Part shown: piece after piece, positions 11,452 through 16,815 of the stretch
Layout of the letters: each line of letters starts with the position of its first letter
Numbering within the stretch: position 1 is the stretch's first letter
From: an uncultured Gammaproteobacteria bacterium
GTDB taxonomy: Bacteria > Pseudomonadota > Gammaproteobacteria > UBA9214
Direction: 5' to 3'
Assembly (NCBI GenBank): GCA_963773065.1
Contig: CAVYZN010000024.1
Coordinates: forward strand, 1-16,815
DNA length: 16,815 nt
Notes under the pieces: generated by a model
The model's database searches: none
What the model was told of the DNA's origin: nothing
Seen by the model: only the letters and a program-made list of their open reading frames with translations
Made by a program: the position numbers and the translations under genes

Positions 11452-11609
11452 GTTCCTCACGCCTGCTCCCGAACGCAGGAGGGCGGGCAGGCAGGTATCA
11501 CGCTTCCGACCGATCTGCCTCAACCCCTCATGAGGGAATATTGCAGGCGATATTCTGTGGATTTGATCGCTCTCCCGCTTAACCGCCCATGGCGAGTGCA
11601 GACACGGAT

Positions 11610-12374
11610 ATGACCACAGCGTTTAAGATCGTAATCCCCGCGCGTTATGCCTCGACGCGGCTGCCCGGCAAACCTTTGCGCCTGCTCGCAGGCAAGCCCA
11701 TGTTGCAGCATGTCCACGAATGCGCCCGTGCGAGCGGTGCGCAAAACATCGTCATCGCGACCGATGATCAGCGCATAGCGGCGGCGGCGGCCGGTTTTGG
11801 CGCCGATGTCTGCATGACATCAACGGCACATGCCTCGGGCACCGAGCGGCTGGCCGAAGTCTCTGCGACGCGTGGATGGGATGATGAGGCCATCATCGTC
11901 AACCTGCAGGGCGACGAGCCCTTGATGCCACCCTTGCTGATTGACCAGGTGGCCGCCGATCTTGCCACCCATCAATCCGCCTCCATTACTACCCTTGCCT
12001 ATCCCTTGAAGGCATCGGAGAACAAAATCGACCCGCATATCGTAAAGGTGGTGCTCGATCGCGATGGCTATGCGCTGTATTTCAGCCGTGCTCCGATCCC
12101 CTGGCATCGTGATCCGCCAGAAACGGGTTCCGGCATACCGGGCGGGTATCCCCTGCTGCACCACATCGGCCTCTACGCCTACCGGGCCCGTTTCCTGCGT
12201 CATTACAGCCGGCTGGAACCCTCACCACTGGAGAATTTCGAGAAACTCGAACAGCTGCGCGCGCTCTGGCATGGCCTGAAAATACACGTCGGCATCGCCG
12301 ATGCAATACCTGCTCCTGGGGTCGATACCGAGGCGGACTTGGCAAGGGTTGAGCGGGTCTTGTCGGCGAGATGA
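11610..12374 (+). CDS. kdsB: 3-deoxy-manno-octulosonate cytidylyltransferase (CMP-KDO synthetase)
   Basis: VIPARYASTRLPGKPL, HASGTERLAEV, VNLQGDEP, ALYFSRAPIP, HIGLYAYR, EKLEQLRALW; alternative start at 11589. Confidence 0.97.
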   Translation: MTTAFKIVIPARYASTRLPGKPLRLLAGKPMLQHVHECARASGAQNIVIATDDQRIAAAAAGFGADVCMTSTAHASGTERLAEVSATRGWDDEAIIVNLQGDEPLMPPLLIDQVAADLATHQSASITTLAYPLKASENKIDPHIVKVVLDRDGYALYFSRAPIPWHRDPPETGSGIPGGYPLLHHIGLYAYRARFLRHYSRLEPSPLENFEKLEQLRALWHGLKIHVGIADAIPAPGVDTEADLARVERVLSAR

Positions 12375-12411
12375 TAGAGTCGGTGGGTAATCGGGTGTGG
12401 AGTATGTTCTG

Positions 12412-12888
12412 ATGGTCAGGGTCTTGTTCGTGTGCATGGGCAATATCTGCCGTTCACCCACGGCTCAGGGCGTGTTTGAGTATCTGGTCGAGCGTCAGGG
12501 CTTATCATCGCTGATCCGGATCGACTCGGCGGGAACGCATGCCTATCATATCGGCGAACGACCGGATGAACGGGCTGCGCAAGCCGCTATGCGGCGCGGG
12601 ATCGATCTCTGCAAACAGCGCGCCCGCAGGGTCACCGAAAATGATTTTCTGCTATTCGACTATGTGCTGGCGATGGACCGGAGGAATTATGAAGACCTGT
12701 TGGCATTCTGCCCGCCCGCCCATCGGCCCAAGCTGCGGCTGTTCCTGGAATTTGCTCCCGAACTTGCCGAGGATGAGGTACCAGACCCTTATTATGGCGG
12801 GGCAACCGGTTTTGAGCGGGTGCTGGATCTGATTGAACGGGCTGCCGAGGGCTTGCTGGCGGAAATCCGCCAACAACATCGTCTGTGA
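12412..12888 (+). CDS. ptpA: Low-molecular-weight protein-tyrosine phosphatase
   Basis: P-loop VCMGNICRS, IDSAGT, VPDPYYGG; GGAG about 10 nt upstream of ATG 12412. Confidence 0.93.
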   Translation: MVRVLFVCMGNICRSPTAQGVFEYLVERQGLSSLIRIDSAGTHAYHIGERPDERAAQAAMRRGIDLCKQRARRVTENDFLLFDYVLAMDRRNYEDLLAFCPPAHRPKLRLFLEFAPELAEDEVPDPYYGGATGFERVLDLIERAAEGLLAEIRQQHRL

Positions 12889-12914
12889 AGACGGATTAGC
12901 AGAAAGGGCCTCTG

Positions 12915-15381
12915 TTATGGGGATGCTTTATCGATTTTGACCTCCGTCTTTTCAGCCGCATAGGCCTGGGCGGGAGGGCCGTCCGAAGATTTTCTCTCCG
13001 CTTCCGCCATGGTAGAGCCGGCTGCCGGTGTAGGGGCATCCGCCTTCTTCTTGGCCGATACACTGCCGTCCTTTGCCGGTGGCGGGTTTGGACTGCCCGT
13101 CGCCGAAGCCTGTTTCTCCGTGGCATGCGGGGTGCTCCGGCCATGTTCGTCTGCAGGCGGTGACGAAGTAGCAGGCGGTGCAGTGTGTCCGTCCGTGTTT
13201 GTAGTACCACCGCCGGTGCTCTCACCAGCATCGGTACGTTGTGCAGCGGATGCGCGTTCCGGTGGGTTGTCGTTATTGCGTTTCTGGCCGGATGGTCTGT
13301 GTCGTCCACTGCGGCGCCCGCGCCGGGATGGGCCGCGTCCCTGGCTACGTTGCATGCGGCCACTCTCCGGCAATGAACCGGAGTGGTCATCCGCTGAATC
13401 CGGTGTTACCGGCATGTCATTTTGTTCTTGTTCCGCTACGGCGGGTTGTATCCTCTCTTCCTTGGGTGCGGTCTCATACCGTGGTGGCTGGTCCGTCGAT
13501 GCCTGGCGATTCTGGTTGCCGCCGCGTCTTCTTCCCCGGGGCTGACCACCACGACCCGTGCCGCCCCGCGGGTGACTGCCCTTGCCATGCTCGCGTGGTT
13601 GCGGGCTGCGGCGACTGGTTGACTGTTCCACGGGTTGGCTGACCGGCCGCTCGGGCGTTTCGCCGGGCCCGAACAGGCTGGAAATTAGCCGATTGAAAAG
13701 TCCCGGTTTTTTCTCCATCTCGGGTATCTTCTCATCCGCAGTCTCGACGAATAGGTGTTCCGGTGCGGGCGTGGACGGCGCGACCGCCTTGACGGCAGGG
13801 GCCTCCAACCCCATTGGCATGGCCGAGGTCATGGCCGCCTGTATGGCTTCCGCTTCAGGCTCCTCGTGAACCATTTGGTAGCTCCGCTCGGCCGGTATGC
13901 CGCGCAATTCCTCGCCGCGTACCCGCTGGATGTCATAATTCGGCGTCTCCAGCGCGGGTGAGGGAATCAGCATTACCGAGACGCCATGACGTGATTCGAG
14001 ACTCAACAACAATTCGCGCTTTTCATTGAGCAAATAAGTGCCCACATCAACAGGCACGCGCGCCACGACACGGACTGTGCTCTCCTTCATGGCTTCTTCT
14101 TCGATGATACGCAACACGGAAAGTGACAGGGACTCGACACCCCGTATCGACCCCGACCGGCGCACCGGGGGCAGGCGATCTGGCTGGACTCGCCCAGAGA
14201 GGGGCGTAACCGTTGTCGTGACATTTCCAGCAGGCCAAAACGTGAGATGCGGCCGATCTGGACACGGGCACGGTCCATATTGAGCGCATCGCGTAACCGG
14301 TTCTCAACCTCCCGATGGTGGCGCGGCGGCTGCATGTCGATAAAGTCAATCACGATCAGACCGCCGAGATCGCGGATACGCAGTTGACGGGCGATTTCAT
14401 CCGCCGCTTCAAGGTTGGTGTTCAGGGCGGTTTCCTCGATATCGCTACCTTTGGTCGCGCGTGCCGAGTTGATATCGATGGAGAGCAGGGCTTCGGTATG
14501 ATCGATAACGATGGCGCCACCGGAGGGCAGCGAGACTTCACGCTGGAAGGCTGATTCAATCTGGGATTCGATCTGGAAGCGGCTGAAGAGCGGTATCTTG
14601 TCCTGGTACAACTTGAGCTTGCTCAGGTTATGCGGCATGACCTGCTGCATGAATTCCTTTGCTTTTTCGTAAACATCCTGGCTGTCGACGAGGATTTCCG
14701 CAATGTCCTTGCGCAGGTAGTCACGCAGTGCGCGAATAATGACATTACTTTCCTGATAGATGAGAAACGGCGCTGGCTTCTCTCCGGAAGCCTTGGTGAT
14801 GGCATCCCACAGCGTGATCAGGTAATCGAGATCCCACTGGAGTTCCTCGGCGCTGCGGTCGACGCCGGCGGTACGCACGATCATACCCATGTCCTCGGGG
14901 ATATTGAGTGAGCTCATGGCATCGCGTAGAACGTTGCGCTCATCTCCCTGGATGCGCCTGGACACGCCGCCGGCGCGAGGATTGTTCGGCATCAGGACGA
15001 GGTAGCGTCCGGCGAGACTGATGAATGTGGTGAGTGCGGCGCCCTTGGTGCCGCGTTCTTCCTTTTCGACTTGGACGATCAGCTCCTGTCCTTCCTTGAG
15101 GGCATCCTTGATGCTCTGTCGGGCACCGCCTTCTCTGGCAGTATCGGAAAAATAGTTGCGTGAAATATCCTTTAACGGAGAAATCCATGGCGCTCGGCAC
15201 CGTAATCGATGAAGGCCGCTTCCAGGCTGGGCTCGATGCGGGTGATTTTACCTTTATATACGTTGGATTTTTTTTGTCCCCGTGAAGGTATTTCGATATC
15301 GAGATCGTATAGTTTCTGGCCATCTACGAGGGCCACGCGCAACTCTTCGGGTTGGGTGGTGTTGATGAGCATTCTTTTCAT
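12915..15381 (-). CDS. rne: Ribonuclease E (~820 aa); two single-base frameshifts (~15178, ~14152)
   Basis: [30 protein letters not shown]; [19 protein letters not shown]; IDINSARAT; [14 protein letters not shown]; Zn-link CPRC; membrane-targeting helix [14 protein letters not shown]; Arg-rich disordered C-terminus. Confidence 0.97.
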
Positions 15382-15700
15382 GTCTTATGTCTCTCGCGCG
15401 CTCGACCGTTTCCTGCACAGCGCAAGGTAGCCGGCAAGCCATGTCGTCTGTCCGCCAGGCAAACACGGACGAGTCGATGTTTGCCAGCCAGACACTGAAA
15501 TGGGAGATGACAGCCAGCGGCTATATTGCGATGCGATAACCACGGGAGCGCTAGTTATGTGTCAAAAAAAGTCCAAAATCAGCCGATTGCTGAAACTGCT
15601 GAATAATCGATTGAAACGAATCACGCATTCTTCAGCAGGAAATTAGTGTTCCTGACGTGTATTAGCCGCCTTCGGTTGCTGGCGGCGAGGACCACGCCGT
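15382..15700 (-). promoter_or_regulatory. Long structured rne 5' UTR (candidate autoregulatory leader)
   Basis: About 320 nt between the predicted TSS and ATG; stems GGCAAACA/TGTTTGCC (15458-15485) and GCCGCC/GGCGGC (15665-15686); long rne leaders are known in Gammaproteobacteria. Confidence 0.55.
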
Positions 15701-15706
15701 GGCGCG

Positions 15707-15735
15707 ACTATATCAATGATGTCGTGTCCTAGCAA
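15707..15735 (-). promoter_or_regulatory. Sigma70 promoter for rne
   Basis: Minus strand TTGCTA (15735-15730), 17-bp spacer, TATAGT (15712-15707), with an extended -10 TGn. Confidence 0.7.
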
Positions 15736-15744
15736 ACGAAGACA

Positions 15745-15774
15745 CTGAATGTTATGTGAATTTGAAGGTACAAT
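15745..15774 (+). promoter_or_regulatory. Possible sigma70 promoter for rluC, back-to-back with the rne promoter
   Basis: -10 TACAAT at 15769-15774; weak -35 CTGAAT at 15745-15750 (18-bp spacer). Confidence 0.4.
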
Positions 15775-15810
15775 GCCGGGCCTTCAACTCACGCCTTGCG
15801 AATATCAAGA

Positions 15811-16786
15811 ATGGGCAGCACCGCTCACATGCCTCCGGCACAGGTCCAATCATCGATGTTACCCGGGATGAAGCCGGGCAGCGAATCGACAATTTTCTGG
15901 CGCGGTACCTGAAGGGTGTGCCGCGCAGCCACATCTACCGCATCCTGCGCCGTGGAGAGGTACGGGTCAACAGCAGCCGGATACGCGCCCAGTACAAGGT
16001 GAAGTCGGGTGATAAGGTGCGCATTCCTCCCGTGCGCGTGGCGCCGGACAAGGAAAAAACCACGCCAGGGAAAAGATTGCTGACGATCGAGGATTCTATC
16101 CTGCTTGAGAATACTCACCTCCTGGTAATCGACAAACCCGCCGGGGTTGCCGTTCATGGCGGCAGCGGTATCAGTCACGGTATCATTGAAGCGCTGCGCG
16201 CTCATACGCCCGGATGCCCCCTATCTGGAACTGGTTCACCGGCTCGACCGGGAAACCTCGGGTTGCCTGATCATCGCCAAGCGACGCAGCGCATTGCGCG
16301 CACTGCACGAGCAATTGCGCGCGGGCAGGATGAACAAACGCTACCTGGCGCTGGTGCGGGGCGATTGGCCGGGTGGTTCGAGATCCGTGGCGGTGGCGCT
16401 GCGAAAAAACACAGCTGCAGGGCGGCGAGCGGGTCGTCAGGGTGGACGATCAAGGCAAGGAGGCGGTAACGCTGTTCCACCCTGTGTCTACACACGGGCC
16501 GGCGAGCCTCGTGGATGTCGAGCTGAAAACGGGCAGGACCCATCAGATCCGTGTGCATGCCGCGTATATCGGCCATCCTTTGGCCGGTGACGAGAAATAC
16601 GGTGATGATGAGTTTAACCGCATCATGAAAGGCTACGGGCTGCGGCGTTTGTTCCTGCACGCCCACAGGATTGAATTTACCGATCCGGGGAGCGGTGAGA
16701 TCGTCGATGTCAGTACGCCTCCGGGTCAGGACCTGAAACAGGTGCTCGATGAGCTGGATAATGCCGTCTTGCCATCCCATGACTGA
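15811..16786 (+). CDS. rluC: 23S rRNA pseudouridine(955/2504/2580) synthase RluC; frameshifts at ~15849, ~16200, ~16410
   Basis: S4 domain GQRIDNFL...[33 protein letters not shown], catalytic [37 protein letters not shown]; divergent from rne. Start inferred at ATG 15811 ([17 protein letters not shown]). Confidence 0.93.
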
Positions 16787-16815
16787 TACGGTCGAATTCT
16801 TTCCGGGGGAGATCC

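Noticed and set aside
12889-12914. Terminator between the convergent phosphatase and rne genes
   Set aside because: Only a weak GCAGA/TCTGT stem without a U-tract
5813-16780. Numerous long antisense or alternate-frame ORFs (e.g. 7033..7782, 6435..6998, 13009..13545, 16271..16780)
   Set aside because: Shadows of GC-rich housekeeping genes with no recognisable domains

Overview
Gammaproteobacterial chromosomal window with three parts. (1) 1-1304: a complete IS3-family (IS51/IS629-like) insertion sequence with 28-bp terminal inverted repeats. (2) 1305-~5800: an accessory, mostly more AT-rich c-di-GMP 'Lap' adhesin-control locus in decay. It holds an intact lapG periplasmic cysteine protease, a lapD receptor broken by many indels, a remnant of a HlyD/LapC type I secretion adaptor cut by the IS, a divergent atypical receiver-only protein with a VpsT/BrpT-like WMPR motif, and scraps of a Calx-beta/RTX adhesin. 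The HlyD remnant is absent from the ORF track and the adhesin scraps appear there only as mixed-frame pieces. (3) 5861-16786: a conserved core block, lolC/E-lolD-comEC-lpxK-ycaR(Trm112)-kdsB-LMW-PTP, then rne on the minus strand and the divergent rluC. Single-base indels, mostly in homopolymers, split even essential genes (lolC/E, rne), so the sequence probably carries long-read errors and frameshifts alone do not prove pseudogenes. I see no clearly new biological system. The best candidate for novelty is the HTH-less VpsT-like receiver protein embedded in the Lap locus. All family calls come from motif recognition by eye, with no database searches.
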